Shown here piece by piece: positions 8,843 to 17,076 of a stretch of DNA of 64,000 nucleotides. The position numbers and the translations under genes are program-made. How positions within the stretch are numbered: the first letter of the stretch is position 1; each line of letters starts with the position of its first letter. The notes under the pieces are model-generated. The model was not told the origin of the DNA and made no database searches. It saw only the letters and a list, made by a program, of their open reading frames with translations. Source of the stretch: a virus (taxonomy: Duplodnaviria; Caudoviricetes); the IMG/VR virus record IMGVR_UViG_2929701070_000001, positions 57,042-121,041 of that record; one strand, 5' to 3'.

Positions 8843-9879
8843 TGCACGCCTTCTCGGTCGACTACCGCAAGCGTGATGGTGCCGCCAGTTCGGGCGGCCG
8901 GGTGTCGCGTGGCTTCTGGCTGAACGGCATCCCGCGTCCGCTGATCCTGTGCCGCATGTTCGGCCACCGTCCCGTGGTGGATGGCACCACAGGGTTCCGC
9001 GATGGGGACCTCGGTTCGCGGTGGGTGGTGTGTGACCGCTGCGGTGTGCGCCCCGACCCGCAGAGCAGCCTTGACCCGGTCCGGTGGAACATTGGCGACC
9101 GGTACGGCGGCCCGTGGCAGAGCTCGCCGTCCGGCAAGGTGAAGCGCGATGCGGTGCTGACCCCGCAGATGCTTCCGGGACCGTGGCCGGTAAAGCCGAC
9201 CGGCAAGCTCGGCGGTCAGATCGTGCTCGGCACCCGCGACCTCACGACTGGCGTCACGCTCAAGGTCGGCAACAAGGGCTCCGAGCACACTCTCGCCGCC
9301 AGCTTCCACGTGCCGTGGATTGGGGCGCTGTACCTGCACACCGAGCGGTTCGGTGCAGGTGTGGTGCGGCGGCTCAACCCGGTTGGCTACGACTCGCGGG
9401 TTGTTGAGTTGCGGGCGCACGACGGACACCTGTTCTGGCGGCTGTGGGCTAGGCGGGACCACTGGTCCCGTAGCGATCCGTGGTGGATGCACGGGTCGGT
9501 GCAGATCGACCCCCGCACGATGCTGCTCGGGCCGAAGCGGTACGTGTACACCAACCACGGGTCGAAGGTCACCGAGACAGTGCGAATGCCGCACGGCGAC
9601 AGCCACCAGGTGCAGTTGCAGTTGCAACGTTGCGCGTTCGGCCGCAAGCGGGGCCGGAAGAAGCTGTCGTGGTCGGTGGACTGGGAGGCCCCGAGCGGGA
9701 TCCCGACCAAGCCGACCGACCGGGGCCGCGTTTACGGCTCCGGGGTGCCGGTGACCGACGCGTCGGTTGCGGCCGGCACCTGGCAGTTTGAGGCCGCCGT
9801 CCGCATCGCCGAGCGGATGACCGAGCAGCGCACCCGCAACGACTGGCGGCCGGAGAGAACGGCGACGGCACGTTCATGA
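8842..9879 (+). CDS. hypothetical Trp/Arg-rich protein
   Basis: TGATG coupling; 345-aa ORF with C..FGH and CDRCG. Confidence 0.65.
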   Translation: MHAFSVDYRKRDGAASSGGRVSRGFWLNGIPRPLILCRMFGHRPVVDGTTGFRDGDLGSRWVVCDRCGVRPDPQSSLDPVRWNIGDRYGGPWQSSPSGKVKRDAVLTPQMLPGPWPVKPTGKLGGQIVLGTRDLTTGVTLKVGNKGSEHTLAASFHVPWIGALYLHTERFGAGVVRRLNPVGYDSRVVELRAHDGHLFWRLWARRDHWSRSDPWWMHGSVQIDPRTMLLGPKRYVYTNHGSKVTETVRMPHGDSHQVQLQLQRCAFGRKRGRKKLSWSVDWEAPSGIPTKPTDRGRVYGSGVPVTDASVAAGTWQFEAAVRIAERMTEQRTRNDWRPERTATARS

Positions 9880-9917
9880 CCGACAGGTTCGGTACGTAAC
9901 TCGAAAGGTGGTGCGGC

Positions 9918-10196
9918 ATGGCCGGATCTCCACAGCATGTGACCTTGGCTGCCGGCACCGTCACCACGCTGACGTTCGATGAGGACTTCGCGCAGGTGGA
10001 GGTGCTGAACGTGGATGGTGCTGCCGCCGTCTACTTCCGCGCCGACGGGTTGAATCCGACTGTGGGTGGTGTCGGCTCACACGTGATCCCAGCCGTGATC
10101 GGTGGTCTGATCGTGCCGCCCAAAACCACCGGGAACACTGTCGTCAAGCTCATCTCGGCGGGGACGCCGCAGGTGTCGGTGAGGGGGCTGCCGTGA
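9918..10196 (+). CDS. small putative virion structural protein
   Basis: SD AAAGGTGG; beta-rich 92 aa; coupled to head-fibre gene. Confidence 0.6.
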   Translation: MAGSPQHVTLAAGTVTTLTFDEDFAQVEVLNVDGAAAVYFRADGLNPTVGGVGSHVIPAVIGGLIVPPKTTGNTVVKLISAGTPQVSVRGLP

Positions 10197-10684
10197 CCCG
10201 CACCGTGTACGGTCCGCCATCTGGTGGTGGGGGCATTGAACCGCACGCCGCGACGCATCAGCCGGGCGGCAGCGACCCGATGGTCGCCGACGCCGCCGCT
10301 GGTATCGCGAGCCTGAGGTCTCTCGGCACTGGCGCCACGCAGGCGGCGGCGGGTAACGACGTGCGCCTGTCGGACGCGCGCCCGCCGACGGCGCACACGC
10401 ACACGGCCGCCCAGATTTCCGACTCGACCGTGATCGGCCGGTCGGTGCTGACTGCGGCGGATGCTGCGGCGGCGCGAACCGCGATCGGTGCTGGCACGTC
10501 CAACCTGGTGTTGGGTGCGACCGGCACCACTGCGGCGGCCGGCAACCACACCCACGCTGGTCTGCTGACCGGGTCGGCGACGGCGGTCAACAACAGCACC
10601 GCCACCGATGTGCCCGGCCTGGTGGCTGACTTCAACAACCTGCTCGCCGCGCTTCGGGCGCGGGGAATCATCACCGGCGCGTAG
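10193..10684 (+). CDS. head fibre/decoration-like protein
   Basis: AAAGND.RLSDAR fibre motif; C-terminal STATDVPGLVADFNNLLAALRARG head-fibre motif. Confidence 0.65.
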   Translation: MTRTVYGPPSGGGGIEPHAATHQPGGSDPMVADAAAGIASLRSLGTGATQAAAGNDVRLSDARPPTAHTHTAAQISDSTVIGRSVLTAADAAAARTAIGAGTSNLVLGATGTTAAAGNHTHAGLLTGSATAVNNSTATDVPGLVADFNNLLAALRARGIITGA

Positions 10685-10704
10685 CCCGGTACCGCGCACC
10701 ACAC

Positions 10705-10729
10705 GCCCGCCCACTGTGGCGGGTTTTTT
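10705..10729 (+). terminator. Rho-independent terminator
   Basis: GCCCGCC-CACTGT-GGCGGGT followed by T run. Confidence 0.75.
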
Positions 10730-10772
10730 CATGCCCGACACGGGCGCCACCTACCCGACATGGGAGTCCGCA

Positions 10773-11573
10773 GTGACCGCACCGACCGAGCCGACGACTG
10801 CCCCGGCGGTCCCGGCGCAGCCCGCCCAGACCACCCCGCCCGCCCAGCCGCCGGCCGCGCCGCCGGTGCCCAGCCCCTCGCAGGTGTTCCCGCCCCAGCA
10901 GCCCGCCGCGCAGCTGGCCACCCCGGCGCAGCCAGCCCTCGGTAACGGGGAGCACGGCTACCCGGAGAACACGCCGCTGGCGCAGATGAACGCCGACCAG
11001 CGTGAGGCGTACTGGCGCCATCAGGCACGCAAGCACGAGAACACCGTCAAGGCACGCGCCGACTACGACGACCTCAAGGCCAAGGCCGCCGAGTTCGACA
11101 AGCTCCAGGCCGCGAACCAGACGGAGATGCAGCGGGCCGTCGCCGAAGCCGAACAGCGCGCCCGCACCGACGCCCTTACCCAGGCCGGCGCGAAGATCGC
11201 CGAAACGGCCCTGCGGACCAGCCTCAAGCTGGCGAAGGGCATGGACGACGCAGAGATCGACCGCATCGTCGGCCCCCTGAACTGCAACTACTTCCTCAGC
11301 GGCGACGGGCTCAGCGTGGACACCGACAAGGTGACCACCTACCTGAACACCGTCGCCGCGCCCGCGCCGGCTGCCCCGGCGCCCGCCCCGGCCGCTGCGG
11401 CGGCCATCCCGCCCGCCGCCGCGCAGCCCGCCACGGGAGCCGTCCGGCAGGTGCCCGACATGGGCCAGGGCAACCGCACCGCAACACCCTCCGGTGGCCT
11501 CGCGGCCGGCGCGGAACGCGCCAAGGCGTACCTCGCCAAGCAGCAGGGCTCCAAGCCCGTCATCACCAGGTAG
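10773..11573 (+). CDS. capsid scaffolding protein
   Basis: Pro/Ala-rich N-terminus; YP.NTPLAQM..QREAYWRHQARKHE; coiled coil; position before capsid genes. Confidence 0.8.
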   Translation: MTAPTEPTTAPAVPAQPAQTTPPAQPPAAPPVPSPSQVFPPQQPAAQLATPAQPALGNGEHGYPENTPLAQMNADQREAYWRHQARKHENTVKARADYDDLKAKAAEFDKLQAANQTEMQRAVAEAEQRARTDALTQAGAKIAETALRTSLKLAKGMDDAEIDRIVGPLNCNYFLSGDGLSVDTDKVTTYLNTVAAPAPAAPAPAPAAAAAIPPAAAQPATGAVRQVPDMGQGNRTATPSGGLAAGAERAKAYLAKQQGSKPVITR

Positions 11574-11624
11574 CAGAAGCCGCCTCGGCACCGGGCGCAT
11601 CGCTGATCTCAAAGGAGTAACCAC

Positions 11625-12029
11625 ATGGACCTCACCGTCCGCACCGTGGGCTACCAGACCGAGGACCACTCGTGGCTCGGCTCCGCTCACGGCACCGAGG
11701 CGACCGACAAGATCGTCCTCGACCTGTCCCTGTTCACCGCTGGCACCCACTACCCGAACGGGTTCATCCCGTCGGGCATGACGGTCGCGAAGGTCACCAC
11801 GGCCGGCGCGAACCAGGGCATGTACGGCCCGTACAACAACGCGCTGACCAACGGCCAGGAAGTTCTGGCCGGGCACCTGTACACCAACGTCGCCGTGAAC
11901 ACCGGTTCCACGCGCGCCGCCGGTGCCCTCCTCAACCACGGGAAGGTCCGCGAGGCCAACCTGCCCGCCAACCACGGTCTCGACGCCGCCGGCAAGACGG
12001 ACGTCGCCGGCCGGATCCAGTACAAGTAA
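11625..12029 (+). CDS. head decoration protein (lambda gpD-like)
   Basis: GFIPSG..YGPY..GQE.LAGHL..HG.V...LP; immediately before major capsid. Confidence 0.75.
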   Translation: MDLTVRTVGYQTEDHSWLGSAHGTEATDKIVLDLSLFTAGTHYPNGFIPSGMTVAKVTTAGANQGMYGPYNNALTNGQEVLAGHLYTNVAVNTGSTRAAGALLNHGKVREANLPANHGLDAAGKTDVAGRIQYK

Positions 12030-12044
12030 GGAGACGGCTGACCG

Positions 12045-13079
12045 ATGGCACTCAACTTCGACCTCGTGGACCCGGCCGAACTGACCGGGTTCGTGCGGAC
12101 CCTGCCGGGGCCCGCCACCTACACCCTCAACCAGTTCTTGAACGACGACAACATCGGCGACATCGACGCCGAGTTCGACACGCTCATCGAGACCAACCGG
12201 GCCGCCCGGTTCCGCGCATGGGACTCGGAAACCGATGTGGGCAAGCGAAACCGGCTTGAGCGCAAGCGCGTCTCGCTCCCGCCCCTCGGCCAGAAGCTCG
12301 TCGTCGGCGAGGAGGCCCGGCTGCGGCTGGAGATGGCTCGCGCCGGCGGTGACAACTCCAACGGCATGATCCGGGCGATCTACAACGACGCGGTGACCAA
12401 CACCAACGCGGTCCTCGCCCGCATGGAACTGGCCCGCGGCCAGGTGCTCACCACCGGCAAGATGGACCTCACTCAGGACGGTCTGGCCGGCATCCAGGCC
12501 GACTATGGCGTGGATCCGTCGCACTTCCCGGTCGCCACCACGGTGTGGACGGACTACGTCGACTCGGACCCGCTGGAGGACATGCGGACCTGGGCGGACC
12601 TGTACACCCTCGACTCGGGTGAGCCGCCGGCGTACGCGCTGACGTCCCGCACCGCCGTCGGGCACATGCTGCGCAACAACAAGGTGCGCGGGCTGGCCGC
12701 CGCGAACGGCGTCACCCCGTCGATGATCTCACGCCAGCAGCTCAACCAGCTGCTGGAGTCGTTCGACCTGCCGATGCTGGTGGAGTACAACACCCTCATC
12801 GACGTGGACGGCACCTCCACCCGGCCGATCCCCAACGACAAGATGGTGTTCCTGCCGGCCAACCCGCGCAGCCTGGGCCGCACCATGTGGGGCATCACCG
12901 CGGAGGCGCTGGAGCTGGTTGGCCTGGACAACCCGGCGATCACCTTCGAGGAGGCCCCCGGCCTGGTCGGTGTGGTGACTCGCGAGGGGGATCCCGTGAG
13001 GACCTGGACCAAGGTCACCGGTGTGGGTATGCCCGTCATCGAGGACCCCCGCAAGCTGCTCACCGCCGAACTGTTCTGA
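12045..13079 (+). CDS. major capsid protein (gpE-like)
   Basis: 344 aa; A.FRAWDSE, LPPLGQK, ARMELARGQVL.TGK, DP..TWTK....MPV. Confidence 0.85.
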   Translation: MALNFDLVDPAELTGFVRTLPGPATYTLNQFLNDDNIGDIDAEFDTLIETNRAARFRAWDSETDVGKRNRLERKRVSLPPLGQKLVVGEEARLRLEMARAGGDNSNGMIRAIYNDAVTNTNAVLARMELARGQVLTTGKMDLTQDGLAGIQADYGVDPSHFPVATTVWTDYVDSDPLEDMRTWADLYTLDSGEPPAYALTSRTAVGHMLRNNKVRGLAAANGVTPSMISRQQLNQLLESFDLPMLVEYNTLIDVDGTSTRPIPNDKMVFLPANPRSLGRTMWGITAEALELVGLDNPAITFEEAPGLVGVVTREGDPVRTWTKVTGVGMPVIEDPRKLLTAELF

Positions 13080-13093
13080 GAGGGGACCTGATC

Positions 13094-13456
13094 GTGGGAC
13101 GGGAACTCAAGCGGTCCGTGATCATCGGGGAGGTCGTGTACCGGCCCGGTGACACCCCCACGGACGAGCACGCCAAGATGATCACCAACCCGCGGGCGTG
13201 GGGCGAGGAGGACACCGACGCCACGCAGGCGGCCGTGTCTCCGGGCCCCACCCCGACCGGGACGACCGCTGGCATCGGCGGTGACCCCACCCCCGGTGAC
13301 GCGGTGCCGGCGCCGCCGCGGTCCGGGCCGGGATCCGGTGAGGACAAGTGGCGGGCGTGGGCCGCCAGCCACCCCGAGCTGGAGGTGGAGCCGGACGCGA
13401 AGAAGGCGGACATCATCGCCGCCGCCGAGGACGCCGGGCTGCTCGACAAGCAGTAG
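13094..13456 (+). CDS. hypothetical protein after capsid with small HeH-like C-terminal helical domain
   Basis: ITNP.AW motif; PPRSGPGSG...W.AWA...KADIIAA. Confidence 0.6.
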   Translation: MGRELKRSVIIGEVVYRPGDTPTDEHAKMITNPRAWGEEDTDATQAAVSPGPTPTGTTAGIGGDPTPGDAVPAPPRSGPGSGEDKWRAWAASHPELEVEPDAKKADIIAAAEDAGLLDKQ

Positions 13457-13529
13457 GTCCACACATGCCGGTGCCCGCCGACCACAACCGGTCGGTGGGC
13501 ACTGGCCGGCGCCAACCGGGAGGTGATCC

Positions 13530-13988
13530 ATGGCCGAACCTTTCGCGACCCCCGAACAGGTCGCGGCGGTGTTCCGGCCGCTGACCGCAGCGGAGGCAGC
13601 GATCGTCGCGGCGCGGCTTGCTGCGGCGTCGCGGATGCTGCGGGGCCGGTTTCCCGACCTCGACGCGCGGATCGCCGCAGGCACCCTCGACCCCGATCTG
13701 GCGGCGGACGCCGCCGTGGCGATGGTGCTGCGGGTCATCCGCAAACCCGGTGCCCTCGCCGGCGTCGGAAACCTCAAGGCGGAAGCGACCGGCCCGTTCC
13801 GGCGCGACTACTACCCGGACGAGGACGGCGACCTGGACCTCGTCGTCACCGACGCGGAGGTGGCGCTGCTCACCCCACCGCAGATCCGTGCTCGCCGGCC
13901 GGCGGGCACGATCCGCGTGCAGGCCGGGCTCGCCCCAGCACCGCCGTACCAGCGGCGGGTGGGGGAGAACCATGTTCGCTTCTGGTGA
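13530..13988 (+). CDS. head-to-tail adaptor
   Basis: FAT..V...RPL..E, L..AS.MLR, MVLRV.R.P, TGPF motifs. Confidence 0.75.
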   Translation: MAEPFATPEQVAAVFRPLTAAEAAIVAARLAAASRMLRGRFPDLDARIAAGTLDPDLAADAAVAMVLRVIRKPGALAGVGNLKAEATGPFRRDYYPDEDGDLDLVVTDAEVALLTPPQIRARRPAGTIRVQAGLAPAPPYQRRVGENHVRFW

Positions 13989-14301
13989 CACCGAAACCGT
14001 CGAGTGGCTGCGCCCGCCCGAAAAGGACCGGTGGGGTGACCCGATCCCCGGCACCGGGCAGCCGCTGTCGATCCCCGGATGCCTGTTCGCGCCCGGACCC
14101 ACCGCCGAAAACCTGAACGGCGCCAACCAGACCGAAGCCGACGGAACCCTCTACATCCCGCCCGACGCCCCGATCAACCCGGCGGACATCACCTCCGCCG
14201 GCCAGTTCCGGGTCCGCGGCGACGTGTACGAGGTCATCGGCAAACCGCGGGTGTGGGGTAACGCCGGTGTGGAGATCGTGCTGCGGATGGTCACCGGCTG
14301 A
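13972..14301 (+). CDS. head-to-tail stopper
   Basis: DRWGDP, GC.FAP, VRG.VYEVIG.P..W, L..VTG. Confidence 0.75.
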   Translation: MFASGDTETVEWLRPPEKDRWGDPIPGTGQPLSIPGCLFAPGPTAENLNGANQTEADGTLYIPPDAPINPADITSAGQFRVRGDVYEVIGKPRVWGNAGVEIVLRMVTG

Positions 14302-14324
14302 CCCGACAAGGGGAGGTGACGGTT

Positions 14325-14735
14325 GTGGCTCGACGCGTCACGCTGCTCAAGTTCAAGCTGAACAAATCGAGAACAGGCATCAAGGGTCTCGCCGTGGACC
14401 CGAGGCTCCAAGCCGCCTGCCGGGACATCGCAGAAACCAGGGCCCGCCCGTACGCGATGGCCGCCTCACCCGAAGAGTCCGGCTCCTACGCCGCATCGTT
14501 CCAGGTGGAGGACATCAAGGTCCACGGCATACCCAAGCGGTGGCCGATGACCCACGCAGGTGCGGCACTGGTCAACCGCGACAGCGGCGCCACCGCCATC
14601 GAAGTCGGCTCGGCGCGGCGCACCCAGTCCGGTGAAATTGTCGCCACCCCCGCCAACTGGGTGCTGCGCAGAACCCTCGAACATCTGGACGCGCTCAGCG
14701 GCCGACGACGTCGACAGCAGAGAGACATCCAGTGA
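14325..14735 (+). CDS. neck protein (HK97 gp10-like)
   Basis: SP..SG.YA.SF; A.AIEVG; synteny. Confidence 0.6.
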   Translation: MARRVTLLKFKLNKSRTGIKGLAVDPRLQAACRDIAETRARPYAMAASPEESGSYAASFQVEDIKVHGIPKRWPMTHAGAALVNRDSGATAIEVGSARRTQSGEIVATPANWVLRRTLEHLDALSGRRRRQQRDIQ

Positions 14736-15139
14736 CCGGCCCGTGGTGGCGGTTCCCCGACATGGAGGAAACCCTGGCGGTACTCCTCGAACCGCTGGCC
14801 GGCGGTGAACTGCACACCGGCACCGAAACACCCGCCGACCTCGACAAAAGGCTGCCGTTCATCCGTGTGGTTCGCCCGCCCGGCGGGTTCAGCGACCAGC
14901 ACACCGAATACGTCACCGTCAACATCGACGTGTTCCACAGCAACTACCGGTCGGGCGCGAAACCGCTCGCCGAGCGGGTCCGCCAGTTCCTGACCACGCA
15001 GAAGCACCGGCTCGGCCCCGCCGTGATCGACACAATCGTGTGCACGTCCGGGCCGGGGGAGATGCCGTGGGCGCCCGGCATCCGCCGTGTCGGCGCCACC
15101 TACCAGACCGTGGCTCGCCGCTACCGGGCCGACACCTGA
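14732..15139 (+). CDS. tail terminator
   Basis: FPD.E..L, LPFIRV.R..G motifs; precedes major tail gene. Confidence 0.75.
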   Translation: MTGPWWRFPDMEETLAVLLEPLAGGELHTGTETPADLDKRLPFIRVVRPPGGFSDQHTEYVTVNIDVFHSNYRSGAKPLAERVRQFLTTQKHRLGPAVIDTIVCTSGPGEMPWAPGIRRVGATYQTVARRYRADT

Positions 15140-15162
15140 GCCAAGCCCACCCACCCTCACCC

Positions 15163-15185
15163 GCCCCGCATGTCGGGGCTTTTTT
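15163..15185 (+). terminator. Rho-independent terminator
   Basis: GCCCCG-CATGT-CGGGGC followed by T6. Confidence 0.7.
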
Positions 15186-15215
15186 CATGCCTCGGCACAG
15201 AAAGGGCACCCTGCC

Positions 15216-15875
15216 ATGCCGTACTCCGTTCTGCGGGACAAGAAGAACCAGCTGATCCGCAAGGCCCGGGACCTGTCGGTGTTCATCGCGCCCGAGTCTG
15301 CCGACCCGATCACGGCGCTGACCACGGGCGCGACGGCCGACCTGGCGACTCTGCCGACCGGCTACGGCGACATCGGCTTCACCTCTACCGACGGTGTCGG
15401 CGTCACCCGGGAGACCGAGTCGTCGCAGGTCCGCTCGTTCGGGTCGACGGAGCCGACCCGTGAGGACGTCACCAACGACACCGTCACCCTGAGCGTCACC
15501 GCGCAGGAGACGAAGCTGCTGACGATCGGCCTGTACACCGGGGTCGACACCACCAACCTCAAGGCGGCGTTCACCACCGGCGAGCTCAGCATCGAGAAGC
15601 CGAACTTGCCGAACCCCCGCTACTACCGGCTGCTCGCCCTCGCTGTCGATGAGAGCAGCGACGGCGAAATCTACATCGCGCAGGTGATGCCCCGCGCCCG
15701 CATCACCGAGTTCGGCGAGCAGACCTTCGGTGAGGGCGACGACCCGATCTCCTACCCGCTGACCTTCACGGCCTTCCGCGACAGCGCCCTCGGCTACAGC
15801 CACCGCTGGATCTTCGGTGGGCCGGGCTGGCTCGCCCTTCTGGCCGACATGGAGATCACGCAGGCCACCAGCTGA
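15216..15875 (+). CDS. major tail protein
   Basis: LP.GY.DIG....DG, V.SFG..EPTR.D, FGGPGW motifs. Confidence 0.85.
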   Translation: MPYSVLRDKKNQLIRKARDLSVFIAPESADPITALTTGATADLATLPTGYGDIGFTSTDGVGVTRETESSQVRSFGSTEPTREDVTNDTVTLSVTAQETKLLTIGLYTGVDTTNLKAAFTTGELSIEKPNLPNPRYYRLLALAVDESSDGEIYIAQVMPRARITEFGEQTFGEGDDPISYPLTFTAFRDSALGYSHRWIFGGPGWLALLADMEITQATS

Positions 15876-15897
15876 CGCCGCTGGCGTCTCTTGAACG

Positions 15898-15955
15898 GCC
15901 GGGGCGGCGCCTTTGGGTGGGCTCGCCGCCCCGGCTCAACCTTCCCAGCTCACCC
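15898..15955 (+). promoter_or_regulatory. intergenic hairpin with possible H-type pseudoknot
   Basis: 12-bp stem 15898-15909/15924-15935; loop GGGTGGGCT pairs with AGCTCACCC 15947-15955. Confidence 0.45.
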
Positions 15956-15982
15956 GCACCGCCCGCGTGAAGGAGCACACCG

Positions 15983-16180
15983 ATGGCCGTCAGCGAGCCG
16001 ATCGCCACGTTCACCCGTAACCACCCGACCACCGGCAGGAAGCAGGAGCGAGTCGCGTACACGCCTGACGAGGTCGTCAACCTGCGTGCCGACGGCTGGG
16101 TCGAGAAGACCACCCGCGGCAGCTCGGGTGGCACCGGCTCGTCCGGCAGCCGCTCGTCCAGCAGCACCAGCAACTCGTAA
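15983..16180 (+). CDS. small hypothetical protein
   Basis: strong SD AAGGAG; V.LRA.GW motif. Confidence 0.65.
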   Translation: MAVSEPIATFTRNHPTTGRKQERVAYTPDEVVNLRADGWVEKTTRGSSGGTGSSGSRSSSSTSNS

Positions 16181-16210
16181 CCCACGCCACCAGACAAGGA
16201 GCCCACCCGC

Positions 16211-16588
16211 ATGAGCACCACCACACGTGCTGCCCGTGGCAGCAAGGCCGCCTCCCGTGCTGCGGAGAAGCCATCGACCAACCCGGCGACCGAGGACGTG
16301 TCGCTGGACCTGGACAGCCTGGAGCGTGAGGATCCCCAGGACCCGTTCACGTTCCGGCTCAAGGGGCACACGTACACGATCGCCGACCCGAAGGAACTGG
16401 ACTGGCAGAAACAGCTGCGAGCCTTCGGTGACCCGGTCTACTTCCTGCGGCACGCCATGTCCGCCGAGGACGTGGAGAAGTTCTTCAACACCGAGCTTCC
16501 CGGATGGAAGATGGAAGCGGTAATGAAGGCGTACTGGAAGCACTTCGGGTTGCCCGACCTGGGGGAACTCGCCGGCTCGCCCACCTGA
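16211..16588 (+). CDS. tail assembly chaperone (G)
   Basis: between major tail and tape measure genes; ends near slippery G GGG GAA. Confidence 0.8.
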   Translation: MSTTTRAARGSKAASRAAEKPSTNPATEDVSLDLDSLEREDPQDPFTFRLKGHTYTIADPKELDWQKQLRAFGDPVYFLRHAMSAEDVEKFFNTELPGWKMEAVMKAYWKHFGLPDLGELAGSPT

Positions 16589-17031
16589 TCTCCAGGTACG
16601 GGCGGGCCATCGAGCGTGACCTGCAACGCATCTACCACCTTGACCTGGGCACCGAGTGGCGTGCCCGCAGGTGGCGGAAGCTACTCAACCTGATCGACGG
16701 GCTGCCCCGCGACTCCGCGTTCGTGGAAGCCCTCACGTCCGACGAGCAGTGGGCACGGTCGGTGCTGGACAACCCGCCGCCGGAGAACCAGCCGGCCCGT
16801 CGCATGTCGGAGTGGTCGCCGCAGCTGGAAATGCTCACGAACCTGTACGACGCGGTGCGGGAGAACACGCGTGCGGTGATCGCGTCGGCGGGCGGAAAGC
16901 CGGGGAAGGTGCTTCCGGCGCCGCGGCCGGTGACCGCGTTGGAGCGTGCCCGGCGGGCGCGGCGGTGGGAGAAGCACCGGTCGGTGGTGGCGCGGGTGTT
17001 GCCGCATCGGGCCGAGCACAACCCTGCGTAG
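16561..17031 (+). CDS. tail assembly chaperone extension (GT) via -1 frameshift
   Basis: GGGGGAA at 16561-16567 in frame G-GGG-GAA; -1 frame open to 17031 (AIE.DL..Y..DL, LI..LP.DS, P.PRP). Confidence 0.8.
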   Translation, partial: GGTRRLAHLISRYGRAIERDLQRIYHLDLGTEWRARRWRKLLNLIDGLPRDSAFVEALTSDEQWARSVLDNPPPENQPARRMSEWSPQLEMLTNLYDAVRENTRAVIASAGGKPGKVLPAPRPVTALERARRARRWEKHRSVVARVLPHRAEHNPA

Positions 17032-17076
17032 GCGTTCGCGCGCCACACCAGCCAGCACTGATGATCGGGGGTTGGT

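Noticed and set aside
16561-16567. Tail chaperone -1 frameshift as a novelty
   Set aside because: Real but standard for long-tailed phages
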